Source: Nostoc sp.
Lineage (GTDB): Bacteria > Cyanobacteriota > Cyanobacteriia > Cyanobacteriales > Nostocaceae
Direction: 5' to 3'
DNA length: 64,000 bases
Assembly (NCBI GenBank): GCA_036918135.1
Contig: JBALDB010000051.1
Location: 64,001-128,000 of the forward strand
The position numbers and the translations under genes were made by a program. Below are positions 20,963-31,386 of the stretch, piece by piece; within the stretch, counting starts at the first letter, position 1; each line of letters begins with the position of its first letter. The notes below the pieces were generated by a model. The model searched no databases, was not told where the DNA came from, and saw only the letters and a list, made by a program, of their open reading frames with translations.

Positions 20963-21517
20963 ATGGCCGATGTGACAAATATAGCGACTAAGCTTGCCGA
21001 TCTAAAGCTTTTTCAGAATGTTCTGTTGGAAAGTGAGCAAAAGTTAATAGCACAGACGGACGACAATACGATTTGCGAGCGGCTCGAAGGAATGATAAAC
21101 AGCGATCGCGAAAATCTCGGCGTCATCGAAGCAGTTATTTCTAAATACGGCAACGCAGCAGAACCTCGCGACATTACTACTCAACATGCTCAGAAGGTAA
21201 GCCAAATGATGAGCGGCTCCGAGCTAACTTTGTATGACAAATACTTACAGCTTGAGTTGCTAAAGCATCAACAGACAATGACCGGGCTGGTTCTACACAA
21301 GGTTGCCCAGTCTTTGAATGATGAACTTCAAGATTTGATGGAACCGCTCAACCGAGTTAATTTTGAAAATCGCGCTCACCAAGAGATTCTTAAAGGCGTT
21401 CTTTACTTCGTCGGAACGCGAGAGATAGCCGGTAAGGAACCTGACATGGGTCTGTGGGCTAGTATTGAACAGGGAATTGCAGCCCTTAAGGGTGTTATAA
21501 GCAGCGCGGTAAACTAG
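20963..21517 (+). CDS. Ferritin/hemerythrin-like helical hypothetical protein
   Basis: ELLKHQQ and FENRAHQE.LKG motifs; GGAG RBS upstream. Confidence 0.65.
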   Translation: MADVTNIATKLADLKLFQNVLLESEQKLIAQTDDNTICERLEGMINSDRENLGVIEAVISKYGNAAEPRDITTQHAQKVSQMMSGSELTLYDKYLQLELLKHQQTMTGLVLHKVAQSLNDELQDLMEPLNRVNFENRAHQEILKGVLYFVGTREIAGKEPDMGLWASIEQGIAALKGVISSAVN

Positions 21518-21824
21518 TAGGAATGAGTGGCAAGAGGGCGCGTCATTCATGGGAGCATAATATAATGTTAGCTGGTTTATGCCCAGGCTTGTACTTCAGC
21601 CTTTATTGTTAAAGGTAAATCATCAAGTTTACTATCTATGTAAATATGGCGTTTTCTTCTGTTATTGCTGAAGCTGTCAGTAGTCATTGTAAAAAACCTC
21701 TACCAATGTCATTTTTGATGTTAAACTCATAGCAATAACACCCCCACTTATAAAGTTTGTATTCCCTCTGTTTGCCTTTGACAACTGAGGGATTTGTTTT
21801 TAATTACCAACTGAAAGCGTTCAT

Positions 21825-21925
21825 TAGACTTATTGCATAAGTCGGGAAAAGGGAGAAAGGTTTTTGTATTTTCCCTTTTCCCTTTGACCACAAGAGCGCA
21901 AAAAGTAATGAATGCAAGAGGTCTA
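21825..21925. mobile_element. MITE-like element
   Basis: Terminal inverted repeats TAGACTTATTGCAT / ATGCAAGAGGTCTA. Confidence 0.55.
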
Positions 21926-22223
21926 TTCTCTCGACTTGCAATTGTTCGGGAAACTCTGAGATATTTCCTCTCCAGCTTGGTCATATTTGGAACCAGGGCG
22001 AACGCATCTAAATATTGAAGGTTGATGATCGAGGTAGAATTCGCGCTTCGCTACAGCACGCAAGCATTTCAAAAAAGTAAGTGTGAACTAAATAATAATG
22101 ATAATCGTTTTGAGGGGGGGTATTTGTGGCGGTCGTCGGCTGCCAGTGTGATGGGGGTTGGTTTTTGTAGTAAATTCAAAAGTGCGTTAAAGAAATAAAG
22201 AAAAACCACCCACTGGCGTTTTC

Positions 22224-23464
22224 ATGAAACTCAAGCCAAAAGTTACGATTGCTGACCACTTTGCTGTAATGGAAGATCCACGAATAGATCGTACGAAGCG
22301 TCACAAGTTGATTGATATTATTACCATTGCCATGTGTGCGGTGATCTGTGGGGCAGACAGTTGGGTAGCAATCGAGACGTATGGTTGCGCCAAGTATGAA
22401 TCGTTAAAAACGTTTTTGGAATTACCAAACGGTATACCCTCACATGAGACTTTTGGGCGAGTCTTTGCTCTTGTTAATCCTCAACAATTTCAAGAATGTT
22501 TCCTCTCCTGGATGAAATCAACGTACAAAATAACAGAGGGTGAAGTTGTTGCAATTGATGGGAAAACTTTATGTAGCTCTTATGACAAGGCTAGCGAACA
22601 AAGTGCAATTCAAATGGTAAGCGCCTGGGCAACTACTAATAAATTAGTGTTAGGACAGGTGAAGGTAAATGAAAAATCAAATGAAATTACAGCAATTCCA
22701 GAACTGTTAAAGATATTAGAACTTTCTGGATGTATTGTGACAATAGACGCAATAGGTTGTCAAAAAGAAATTCTCAAGCTAATTACACAGCAAGATGCAG
22801 ATTATGTAATCACCTTAAAAAGAACCAAGGCAGTCTTCATGAGTCAGTATATGAACTATTTCAAACAGGGATAAGCACAGGTTTTGAAGGAATTGAACAC
22901 AGTACATATAAAACAGAAGAAGCAGGGCATGGTCGTCATGAAATCCGCAACTATGTAATGTTGACTGGAATTGGGTCACAACTTGATCCAGATTCCGTGT
23001 GGTCAAAGTTTAGCAGTGTATGTATGGTAGAGTCCGTCCGCTGCGAATATGGTAAAACAGCAGTAGAGACTCGTTATTTTATTAGTAGTCTTGAGTCCAA
23101 GGCAGAACAATTTGCTAATTCTATTCGTAGTCATTGGGGAATTGAGAATTCATTACATTGGGGAGGCAGCGCGTTGCGGGGGTTTCCCCCGTTGTAGCGA
23201 CTGCCGTTGTTGGATGTCGCTTTAAAAGAAGATGACTGTCGGATTATAAAAGATAATGCTCCACAGAACTTTGCACTATTGCGGCAGATTGCGGTCAATC
23301 TTTTAGGAAAAGAAAAGCGTGTGAAACGAGGAATCAAAAATAAACAGTTCCTCGCGGCGATCGATAACAACTATTTACTAAATGTTTTAGCGTTAGCTGA
23401 AAACAGTACATCAAAACTTGAGTTGAATATTTTACATGAAAGGTTTCTTTATTCTCTCGATTAA
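22224..23464 (+). pseudogene. ISAs1 (H-repeat) transposase, disrupted
   Basis: DPR, IDGKTL, KSNEITAIP, HGRHEIR, HWGIENSLHW; frameshift in A-run near 22816-22821 and a ~45-nt insertion with a stop at 23162-23206. Confidence 0.9.
23162..23206. repeat. Small dispersed palindromic repeat inserted in the transposase
   Basis: GGCAGCGCGTTGCGGGGGTTTCCCCCGTTGTAGCGACTGCC interrupts the LHW-x-LDV motif. Confidence 0.75.
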
Positions 23465-23894
23465 TATGCTTTTATTTCCCCGATAATTGAAGATTTTTAG
23501 TATTAATGAATAGCCATTCAACTGAAGATAAGCTAATTCAAAGTAGGAGAGAAGATTTGATTTATTTTATTTATAATTTCTTCAATTTTTATAATTATCT
23601 ATGTCAGTTTAAAATCTTTCTTAGTTTTTATTAGTAAATAAGATACGTTCGCCCTGAGCAAGCAATGGGGCGATCGCACCCTCAAGTTATCAAACTACAT
23701 TCCCACATTCCCAAGCACTTGCTGAATCGAGTTCAGGAGTTGGAGGGGGAGAAAGCAGCAGTTAGGGTAATAACTAATGCCCACACACAACTCAATAATC
23801 CTTACCAGCTAAGGTACGGTGGGCAAAACTGAGGCAAGGCAGAGTTATTAGGGATACAGATATTAATTCTGTTCCCTGATATACAGATTTGAGA

Positions 23895-23929
23895 ATTAGG
23901 CAGCAACTGATCTCATGTTGCTGCCTAAT
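23895..23929 (-). terminator. Hairpin downstream of the VOC gene
   Basis: ATTAGGCAGCAAC-N9-GTTGCTGCCTAAT, perfect 13-bp stem. Confidence 0.65.
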
Positions 23930-23958
23930 ACTCGATTTGTGCAGCAAGCTGGTTAAGA

Positions 23959-24330
23959 TTACGGATTTTGCCGAAGCCCTAACAAGTTTCCGTCAATATC
24001 TCTGAAGATAGACAATTGCACTCCGTGACCGACATCAGTAATTGGCTCAACTTCTACTCCTTTTTCAATAAGGCTTTGACGAGCAGCAACTATATCTTTT
24101 ACAACAAAGGTACTAACAGTACTACCTGTGTCAACTGAGTTACTTAAGTTCAATCCAATTGCAAAACGTGGAATATCAGGAAAACTAAACTGTCTCCAGC
24201 TAGGCGTGTCATATTGTTCTTCAGGAACTAATCCAAGCTTGGACTTATACCACTCGACGCTAGCTTCGAGATTAGTAACGTCTACTTTAGTGACAAAACT
24301 ATATTCACCAAAGGTATTGTTCAATGTCAT
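23959..24330 (-). CDS. VOC (glyoxalase/bleomycin resistance) family protein
   Basis: VTNLEASVEWY...LGL, F.VKDI...L.EKGV, FRDIDGNLLGL. Confidence 0.85.
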   Translation of the reverse strand: MTLNNTFGEYSFVTKVDVTNLEASVEWYKSKLGLVPEEQYDTPSWRQFSFPDIPRFAIGLNLSNSVDTGSTVSTFVVKDIVAARQSLIEKGVEVEPITDVGHGVQLSIFRDIDGNLLGLRQNP

Positions 24331-24386
24331 ATTCTGTTGTACTAATCCAGTACTTTTACAATACAGCTATTATAAACCTTTTTAGC

Positions 24387-24420
24387 AAACTACTATAAGT
24401 CGGTAGAATTATAGTAGTTT
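24387..24420. promoter_or_regulatory. Putative sulfur-regulon operator, copy 1
   Basis: AAACTACTATAA-N10-TTATAGTAGTTT perfect inverted repeat ~57 nt upstream of the VOC gene. Confidence 0.6.
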
Positions 24421-24665
24421 ATTTTTAATCACGCAATATCACTCGAAAAGCCACGCTTAAGTTTTTACACTGATAATTAACAGCCATTTTTTAGAATTTA
24501 AGGTCTAATACTATTTGTCACAAGCAATAGTACTTAAAAATATATCAAAAAATGTAAGCCATCTCCTACTAACTCCACGGGATTACCACCTGTCACCACA
24601 TTAATCGCAAGCGTCCGTCACCGTGGATTGGGATGAAGTATGGTAGTTGTACAAGTCTTGTCCTT

Positions 24666-25850
24666 CTAAGAATAAAAGTTAGGTTTCGGCAGTTCGTCAT
24701 TTAATGCCCAGTTTCCTATGTCTCGGATTTTATAATCTACTGGATCGTGCAAAGTGAATGTGCGGAGATTACGCCAATAGCGGTCAAAGCCATATTTTGT
24801 ATTAGTAGCACGTGCGCCCATAACTTCAAAAATGCGGTTGGTGATGTCTAAACCAATTTTAGTGACGAAGACTTTGGCAGTAGCAATAGAAATTGCACAT
24901 TCTCCCCGTTGTTCTGTAGTAAGCGACCATTCTTGTTCCCAAGCTGCTTGTAGTAATTCTCCCGCCTGCTCAGTCAGATATACGGCTGCTTGAAGATCGA
25001 CCCACATCTTGCCATAGTGCTGGAGAGTATAAGGATCTTTGGTTGCACTCTCTACACCTGATGTCAGCCAAGGTTTTGTGTTTGTGCAAGTATATGTTTT
25101 AGCGGCTTCAAATGTTCCTTGGGCAATACCCAGGTAGATATTAGCAAGATTCAATTGAGTCAAGCAGGCGCGAATAGTGTTGAAGGGTTGATCGGGTTTG
25201 TCTCTACTACCAAGAATTTCGTCCGGGTAGACCAACACATTCTCAAAAGTCACACTACCACTGTCTGTTTGACGCTGTCCGATATTATCCCAATCATCAT
25301 GAACAGTAACGCCTTGTCGTTGAGTAGGAATTACCAAAATATTCAATTCACCAGTTTCTTGCTGAGTGGCAGTAATCGGCAATATATCCGAGTCAACAGA
25401 GCCAGAGCAAAAGCTTTTAACCCCGTTGAGACGGAAATAATTATTTTCTGGTCTCAGAGTAGTTCTTTTATCTAAAGGGTTAAGAGCATTGCACCAAAAC
25501 CAATTATTATGAATAGTTTCTGAATAATATCGCTGTTTTTGCTCTGCCGAACCAAAGATATGAGGAATTACTACACCTAGATGGTGGTAAGAAAAGACAT
25601 GAGCAATGGAACTATCAACTTTGGCAAACTCGCGGGTAATTTCTAGAACACTAATCCAGCTTTGTCCTAAACCACCGTACTCTGTGGGTACGATCAGTTT
25701 CAGCAAGTTGCTTTGACGCAGGCGATCGCGTTCATGCTTTGGTGTTCCCCCTTTTGCATCCCGTACCACAGCAGTTTCGGCAAATTCCTTTGCTAAAGAC
25801 TTAGCTATATCGAGATAATTTTGAGATTCTTTCGTTTCGATTAATTGCAT
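24666..25850 (-). CDS. Acyl-CoA dehydrogenase-fold monooxygenase (DszC/MsuC/SfnB-like)
   Basis: DSSIAHVFSYH, NGVKSFCSG, DDWDNIGQRQTDSG, DRYWRNLRTFTLHDP. Confidence 0.85.
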   Translation of the reverse strand: MQLIETKESQNYLDIAKSLAKEFAETAVVRDAKGGTPKHERDRLRQSNLLKLIVPTEYGGLGQSWISVLEITREFAKVDSSIAHVFSYHHLGVVIPHIFGSAEQKQRYYSETIHNNWFWCNALNPLDKRTTLRPENNYFRLNGVKSFCSGSVDSDILPITATQQETGELNILVIPTQRQGVTVHDDWDNIGQRQTDSGSVTFENVLVYPDEILGSRDKPDQPFNTIRACLTQLNLANIYLGIAQGTFEAAKTYTCTNTKPWLTSGVESATKDPYTLQHYGKMWVDLQAAVYLTEQAGELLQAAWEQEWSLTTEQRGECAISIATAKVFVTKIGLDITNRIFEVMGARATNTKYGFDRYWRNLRTFTLHDPVDYKIRDIGNWALNDELPKPNFYS

Positions 25851-26130
25851 CCCTTGCAACTTCTCCATTAACACTATTGTGAGGAGCAACTATAAAATTG
25901 GCTAGAAAAACTTTAAATCTACAGTATTTGCAAAAACTACTGTACCATCAAAACATCATTACACGAGCTAACTAATAAAGCAAGTTAAAATTAAATGAAT
26001 TTTGCTAAAGCTATAGATTGTTAGTGCAGTGTTAGAAAATAGTTGATTGAGAGTCAAGCAAAAAAATTAAAATATTTTTCTACTTGTTTTTCTACACTAT
26101 ATATGCAATATTATTAACTTAAATATAATT

Positions 26131-26162
26131 AACTACTTTAATTCGATAAGTTTATAGTAGTT
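26131..26162. promoter_or_regulatory. Putative sulfur-regulon operator, copy 2
   Basis: AACTACTTTAA-N10-TTATAGTAGTT in the divergent monooxygenase/porin intergenic region. Confidence 0.6.
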
Positions 26163-26488
26163 TGAAAGCAGACGGTATAAATTCCGCTTATTCTGTAAAA
26201 ATACAATGTTTTTTTACAGACAAATAAACACTCTATAAGCAAATATTCCAGCTTTTGCAGGAATTGTATTTGTGTAAAAAAAGTCTTTTTTCTACTGAAA
26301 CAAGCAGATTAAAACGCCAGATATTCACTGATATATCTGGAGTTTGGCGATATTAGTGAAAATTTTCAGGCTTTAGAGTAATTCAACCTTCATCGGGGCT
26401 AATTAAAAGTTTTTAGCTTGACAAGTCGTTGAAATGTCTAATGGCTTTCGCTCAATGTTGGCAATCAAAAATATGAGGAGCAATAGAA

Positions 26489-28114
26489 ATGTTCAATCGT
26501 TCATTTCATAATTTATTCATGGAATCGATGGTTTTGGGAGCTACTTTGTTAGCCAGCACATCAGCTTATGCTGAAGATAGCAATTTAGGGATTGTAACTC
26601 AAGCAAATTCTCCGAAAACAACCATTGCACAAACGCTTGAAATTCCTGCAATCAATAGTGATACAAACGTCCAACAGACAAACAGTATGTCTCAGGTAAC
26701 ATCTGTATCGCAGTTTTCAGATGTGCAGCCAAGTGATTGGGCATTTGGCGCACTCCAGTCTTTAGTTGAGCGTTATGGATGTATTGCAGGATATCCAAAT
26801 AGCACTTATCGGGGAAACCGCGCCATCACTCGCTATGAATTTGCAGCAGGCTTAAATGCTTGTTTATCTCGGATTAACGAGTTAATTGCAACAGCTACAT
26901 CTGACTTAGTTACTAAAGAAGACTTAACTAGCTTACAAAGACTGCAAGATGAATTTGCCCCAGAACTAGCAACTTTACGGGGTCGGGTTGATAATTTAGA
27001 AGCTCGAACGGCAGAACTAGAAGCTAATCAGTTTTCTACAACAACAAAGTTACTAGGAGAAGCCATCTTTGCTATTACAGATGCCTTTAGTGGCTCCGTT
27101 AATGGTAGCAACACAGTTTTTCAAGATAGAGTTCGCCTCGTTTTCAAAAGTAGTTTTACAGGTAGAGATAGTCTATACGTCCGTTTAACTGCTGGAAACG
27201 CCACTACTTTGGGATTGCCAGATGGTACAGCAGAAGGACTTCAAACCTTTAATCTCTCTGGTGGCAACAACAATGATTTTCTTGATTGGCTCTCCTATTA
27301 CTTCCCGATTGGAGACAAAATAGAGGCTTACGTAGGAGCAGTAAACGGAGTATTTTTTGATTTTGTTCTTACTCAGAGTCCCTATTTGGATAGTGCTACA
27401 GGAGGTGGCCGTGCTTTGACAGAATTTGCTTCCGCTAATCCTATTTATCGTATTGGTGGTGGTGCAGGTGGGGGATTTAACTATCGATTAAGTGACAAAG
27501 TAGTATTGAGCTTGGGTTATTTAGCGGGAGATCATGCCAGTCCTCAGCCAGATAGCGGTTTTTTTAATGGTCAATATAGCGCATTTGGACAATTAGCATG
27601 GAACCCCAACAAGAACTCTGGCATTGGTTTGACCTATGTAAATGCCTACCAAAATCGAGGAGCAATATTTGACCTGGGTAGTAGTTTTACACTTGTCGGG
27701 ACAGAGCAAGCAAATACTCCATTTGAGCGGACGATTACCAACTCTTACGGAGTAGAAGCTTTCTATAAATTTAGTCCTCGATTTGCAGTGAATGGGTTCT
27801 TTGGCTACACTAACGCCAAGAATCTGGCAGGTAGTGGTAGTGCAGATATTTGGTACTATGCTCTGGGATTGGCATTCCCAGATTTAGGTAAAGAAGGTAA
27901 TCTTGGTGGCATTGTTGTGGGTGCAGAACCTTATCAGAGTGGTAATCCTGCACCTGCAAATGATTTATCTTTGCATATTGAAGGCTTTTACAAATATCAA
28001 CTCACAGATAACATTGCCATCACTCCTGGCGTAATTTGGATTACAGCTCCTGCTCAAAACAACGACAATGAAGATGCTGTAATTGGCACTGTGAGAACAA
28101 CCTTCACTTTTTAG
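26489..28114 (+). CDS. Cyanobacterial outer-membrane porin (SLH + OprB-type)
   Basis: QVTSVSQFSDVQPSDWA, TRYEFAAGLNACL, FSTTTKL.GE, terminal RTTFTF. Confidence 0.92.
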   Translation: MFNRSFHNLFMESMVLGATLLASTSAYAEDSNLGIVTQANSPKTTIAQTLEIPAINSDTNVQQTNSMSQVTSVSQFSDVQPSDWAFGALQSLVERYGCIAGYPNSTYRGNRAITRYEFAAGLNACLSRINELIATATSDLVTKEDLTSLQRLQDEFAPELATLRGRVDNLEARTAELEANQFSTTTKLLGEAIFAITDAFSGSVNGSNTVFQDRVRLVFKSSFTGRDSLYVRLTAGNATTLGLPDGTAEGLQTFNLSGGNNNDFLDWLSYYFPIGDKIEAYVGAVNGVFFDFVLTQSPYLDSATGGGRALTEFASANPIYRIGGGAGGGFNYRLSDKVVLSLGYLAGDHASPQPDSGFFNGQYSAFGQLAWNPNKNSGIGLTYVNAYQNRGAIFDLGSSFTLVGTEQANTPFERTITNSYGVEAFYKFSPRFAVNGFFGYTNAKNLAGSGSADIWYYALGLAFPDLGKEGNLGGIVVGAEPYQSGNPAPANDLSLHIEGFYKYQLTDNIAITPGVIWITAPAQNNDNEDAVIGTVRTTFTF

Positions 28115-28305
28115 ATAATCTCAGCAACGTTACAAATTTTGGCGTTGCTGATATGAAAACAAAATTACTATTCGTAATTCGTAGCTAAGAATTTAATTAC
28201 GAATTACGTAGCTTGTTTCTCGCCAGAAGCGAGTATTATCAAAAACCAACGGGTGTAACAGTGATTGCCTTTGCATAGATGAACTTCAATATGAGAATGC
28301 AGCAA

Positions 28306-29511
28306 TTACAGCCAAGGATGGCGTGGAGGGTAAACACCATTAAGGAAGTAATTACCAACAGCGTAGTACTTCCAACGCACAGGGTCGTGAAGTGTGTGAG
28401 CGCGGGCATTTCGCCAGTGGCGATTGTAGTTGAATTGCTCCAATGTGGACTTAGTACCTGCTAGTTCAAACAACTTGTTGGTAGCTAGTAGTGATGCTTC
28501 GGTGGCTAAGGCTTTGGCTTCTGCAACTGCAATTGATGCTTCAACCACCTTGGGTTCTTCTAAACCTGACTCGTTGGCGATGTCGATAAATTCACCCGCA
28601 CGTCGTAGCAAGGCTTCAGCAGCGTGAACTTGAATTTGTACATTGCCTAAGTTATAGAGCGTCAGCGGGTCTTCATATCCTTTTTCTAAATTGCTGTCAA
28701 CCCAAGGGCGGGTATGGTTGCGGACAAAGTAGATGGTGTCACGGACTGCGGCTTTGGCAATCCCTACATCTACAGCGGCCTGTATGATTTGGGCGATCGC
28801 ACCCATTGGTGTTGCCCTCTCAAAAGCTAAGTAGTGCGGAATTACATGTTCTGCCTTCACTTTCACATTTTCAATAATTGTAGTGCCACTGGCTGTGGTA
28901 CGCTGTCCGAAGCTCGTCCAGTCATCAAGTAGTGTCAGTCCTGGGGCATCTCTTTCGACAAATGCCACCACTGTCTTACCATCTTGGTTGGCAATCACGG
29001 GAACCCAATGAGCTAGTAGTGCCCCAGCAGAGTAATATTTACGTCCGTTGAGTACGTAGTCAGAATTGTCTGGTTCTAACTTTGTTTGGACATCAGTCAC
29101 AGATTTAGTGCCAATTTCCGAGAAGGCGTTACCGAACCGTTTGCCTTGTAAAACCAAATCAAAGAAGAACTTCTTCTGCTCATCTGTACCATCTAAGCGA
29201 ACTGCTTCCACCATATATAGGTGGTTTTGGGGAATTTGACCGAGGCTAGAGTCAGCTTCAGAGATGATTTTAATCACTTCTGCCAAAGTGACATTCGAGA
29301 CAAAAGCACCGCCATACTCTTTAGGGACTGTAATTCCCCACAATCCGCTTTGGGAAAACCTTTGGACTTCTTCAGCAGGCAAACGCCGATTTTGGTCGCG
29401 TTCTGAGTCACCTTTGAGAAACTCAGCTGCTAATTCGTGGGCGATCGCGATCGCTTCTTGATCGTCCCGAATTATATGTGCTTTCTGTTCAGTATCAATT
29501 ACTGATGTCAT
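28306..29511 (-). CDS. sfnB: SfnB-family sulfur acquisition oxidoreductase
   Basis: ADSSLGQIPQNH, DDWTSFGQRTTASG, RHWRNARAHTLHDPVRWK. Confidence 0.85.
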   Translation of the reverse strand: MTSVIDTEQKAHIIRDDQEAIAIAHELAAEFLKGDSERDQNRRLPAEEVQRFSQSGLWGITVPKEYGGAFVSNVTLAEVIKIISEADSSLGQIPQNHLYMVEAVRLDGTDEQKKFFFDLVLQGKRFGNAFSEIGTKSVTDVQTKLEPDNSDYVLNGRKYYSAGALLAHWVPVIANQDGKTVVAFVERDAPGLTLLDDWTSFGQRTTASGTTIIENVKVKAEHVIPHYLAFERATPMGAIAQIIQAAVDVGIAKAAVRDTIYFVRNHTRPWVDSNLEKGYEDPLTLYNLGNVQIQVHAAEALLRRAGEFIDIANESGLEEPKVVEASIAVAEAKALATEASLLATNKLFELAGTKSTLEQFNYNRHWRNARAHTLHDPVRWKYYAVGNYFLNGVYPPRHPWL

Positions 29512-29718
29512 GATTTAACTCCTTTTTAAACGCAAAGGTACGCTAAGGAAACGCGAAGAACGCAGAGTTATTCTAAATTTAATTTTGTGAGGAGAGAAGC
29601 CAATTACTGTTCGCTGTAGGAGTGAGTTTCGCTATTATTTACAGGCGTTACTAAATGAAATTCAGACATCAATTAGCAACGCGATCGCAAAACCCACCCC
29701 TACAAAGTGCCTGTCAAT

Positions 29719-30813
29719 CTACACTCCAACTAACTCATCAGCCGTGCGACAATTAGCTTCTAGTTCGCGCACAATCGGAATTACTGTCTGACCAAATGCA
29801 GGCAAATCGTCCGAGTAGTGTAGGAAGCCGCCGAGAATTAAATCAACTCCCGCTTCATAAAACTGGCGAATCTTCTGGGCAACTTGATCGGCAGTACCTA
29901 TTAAGCCCGACTTGAAGCCATCGTTATACTGTACCAAGTCTTCAAAATTGGAATTCGCCCACATTCCCTGACGCTCACGAGTCGAGGCTCCTGCCTGTTT
30001 CACGGCTTCACCAAATCCTTTAACCGCCTCCACATCCGCTTGGGCAATAATCTCGCGCAATACTTCATGGGCTTCTGCTTCCGTATCACGCACAATGATG
30101 AAGGAATTCAAACCAAATTTGATTTTACGTCCTTCTTGACGAGCTAATGCAGACACCTCTGCAATCTGCTCTCGCACGCCTTCGATAGTATTGCCATTCA
30201 TAAAATACCAATCAGACACGCGCCCAGCCATCCGTCGGGCTGCTTTGGAGTTACCGCCTTGGAAGATTTCGGGATGCGGTTGGGTAATTGGTTTGGGCTT
30301 CACCCAACCACCGTTGATACGATAAAAGTCGCCTTTGAAGTGAAACTCATCTTCAGTCCACAAACCTTTGAGAACGCGGATAAATTCCTCAGAACGTCGA
30401 TAGCGTTCGTCATGGTCTAACCAAGGTTCACCATAAATAGTAAATTCATCTTTGAACCAGCCACTGACTACATTCAGAGCAAACCGACCGTTAGACAGAA
30501 AATCAATACTGGAACCCATTTTCGCAACTACCCCCGGATGCCACAATCCAGGGTGAACTGCGGCAATTAGCTTTAACTTCTTTGTGACTGGAGCTAAAGC
30601 TGATACGGTTGTAAGTGCTTCTAGCTGGTACTCAGCGCCATAGCTGGCAATAAATCTGGCTTGTGCCAGAGCATATTCAAACCCGACTTCTTCAGCCGTT
30701 TGAGCCAGTTGAGCATTATATTCGTAAGTCCAATCTGTACGTTGGGGAATTTTACTTACCACTAACCCCCCGCTGACGTTGGGAATCCAGTATGCGAACT
30801 TAATATCTACCAT
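29719..30813 (-). CDS. sfnG: Dimethylsulfone monooxygenase
   Basis: FAYWIPNVSGGLVVSKIPQRTDW, QARFIASYGA, DLVQYNDGF, GFLHY. Confidence 0.9.
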   Translation of the reverse strand: MVDIKFAYWIPNVSGGLVVSKIPQRTDWTYEYNAQLAQTAEEVGFEYALAQARFIASYGAEYQLEALTTVSALAPVTKKLKLIAAVHPGLWHPGVVAKMGSSIDFLSNGRFALNVVSGWFKDEFTIYGEPWLDHDERYRRSEEFIRVLKGLWTEDEFHFKGDFYRINGGWVKPKPITQPHPEIFQGGNSKAARRMAGRVSDWYFMNGNTIEGVREQIAEVSALARQEGRKIKFGLNSFIIVRDTEAEAHEVLREIIAQADVEAVKGFGEAVKQAGASTRERQGMWANSNFEDLVQYNDGFKSGLIGTADQVAQKIRQFYEAGVDLILGGFLHYSDDLPAFGQTVIPIVRELEANCRTADELVGV

Positions 30814-31008
30814 AATTGTGCGTTTGTTATTGAAACTTCTTGGTTATTTGTCTAAGTTTGCTTGTGATGCTACTAAAGTTCTATTTGTCATTATTGACAG
30901 TGCAGTTAAAAATTGATACGGCAAAATCTTAGTCAAAATCAAAGCTTGAGAGCCGAATGGCACTACTAGGAGTTTAGAAGTGGACGATTTCAGGTTTCTA
31001 TGATGACA

Positions 31009-31040
31009 ATATACTATAACTAGACCAAAATGCCGTAGTT
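31009..31040. promoter_or_regulatory. Putative sulfur-regulon operator, copy 3
   Basis: TACTATA-N12-TGCCGTA(GTT) upstream of sfnG. Confidence 0.45.
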
Positions 31041-31314
31041 AGTAATCTATCGGACTTTATCATGACAATTTCTCTGATGTCGTGACTCTATATACTTAAA
31101 TTTCATTTTTGTATTCCAAAATGGAATAGTGCCGACTTTTCTGGGTATTTAATTACTAATTTATATTTAGTGGTACTATCCTAATTCAGTCAGAGCAACC
31201 AGAAATACAGAACTCGACAAAGTACCGCTACTATTCCATACCGTGATAGAGGACTGCTTTTTATACCTCATTTGATATACACAGCAAAAATAAATGTGGT
31301 AGTGTGAACTAGTA

Positions 31315-31346
31315 AAATACGGTAAAAAGATAGAAATACCGTATTT
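31315..31346. promoter_or_regulatory. Putative sulfur-regulon operator, copy 4
   Basis: AAATACGGTA-N12-TACCGTATTT perfect arms, 40 nt upstream of the LLM gene. Confidence 0.55.
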
Positions 31347-31386
31347 GATTTAATGACTTGTAGAAAAAGGCACTGGAAAAAGATTT

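Larger units (their letters stand above)
21994..23656 (+). mobile_element. ISAs1-family insertion sequence (inactive)
   Basis: IRs CAGGGCGAACGCATCT (21994-22009) and AGATACGTTCGCCCTG (23641-23656), 15/16 match, enclosing the transposase. Confidence 0.9.

Noticed and set aside
24553..24660. IS200/IS605 end remnant or ncRNA
   Set aside because: TCCACGG...CCGTGGA stem is present, but there is no second copy or transposase to support a call
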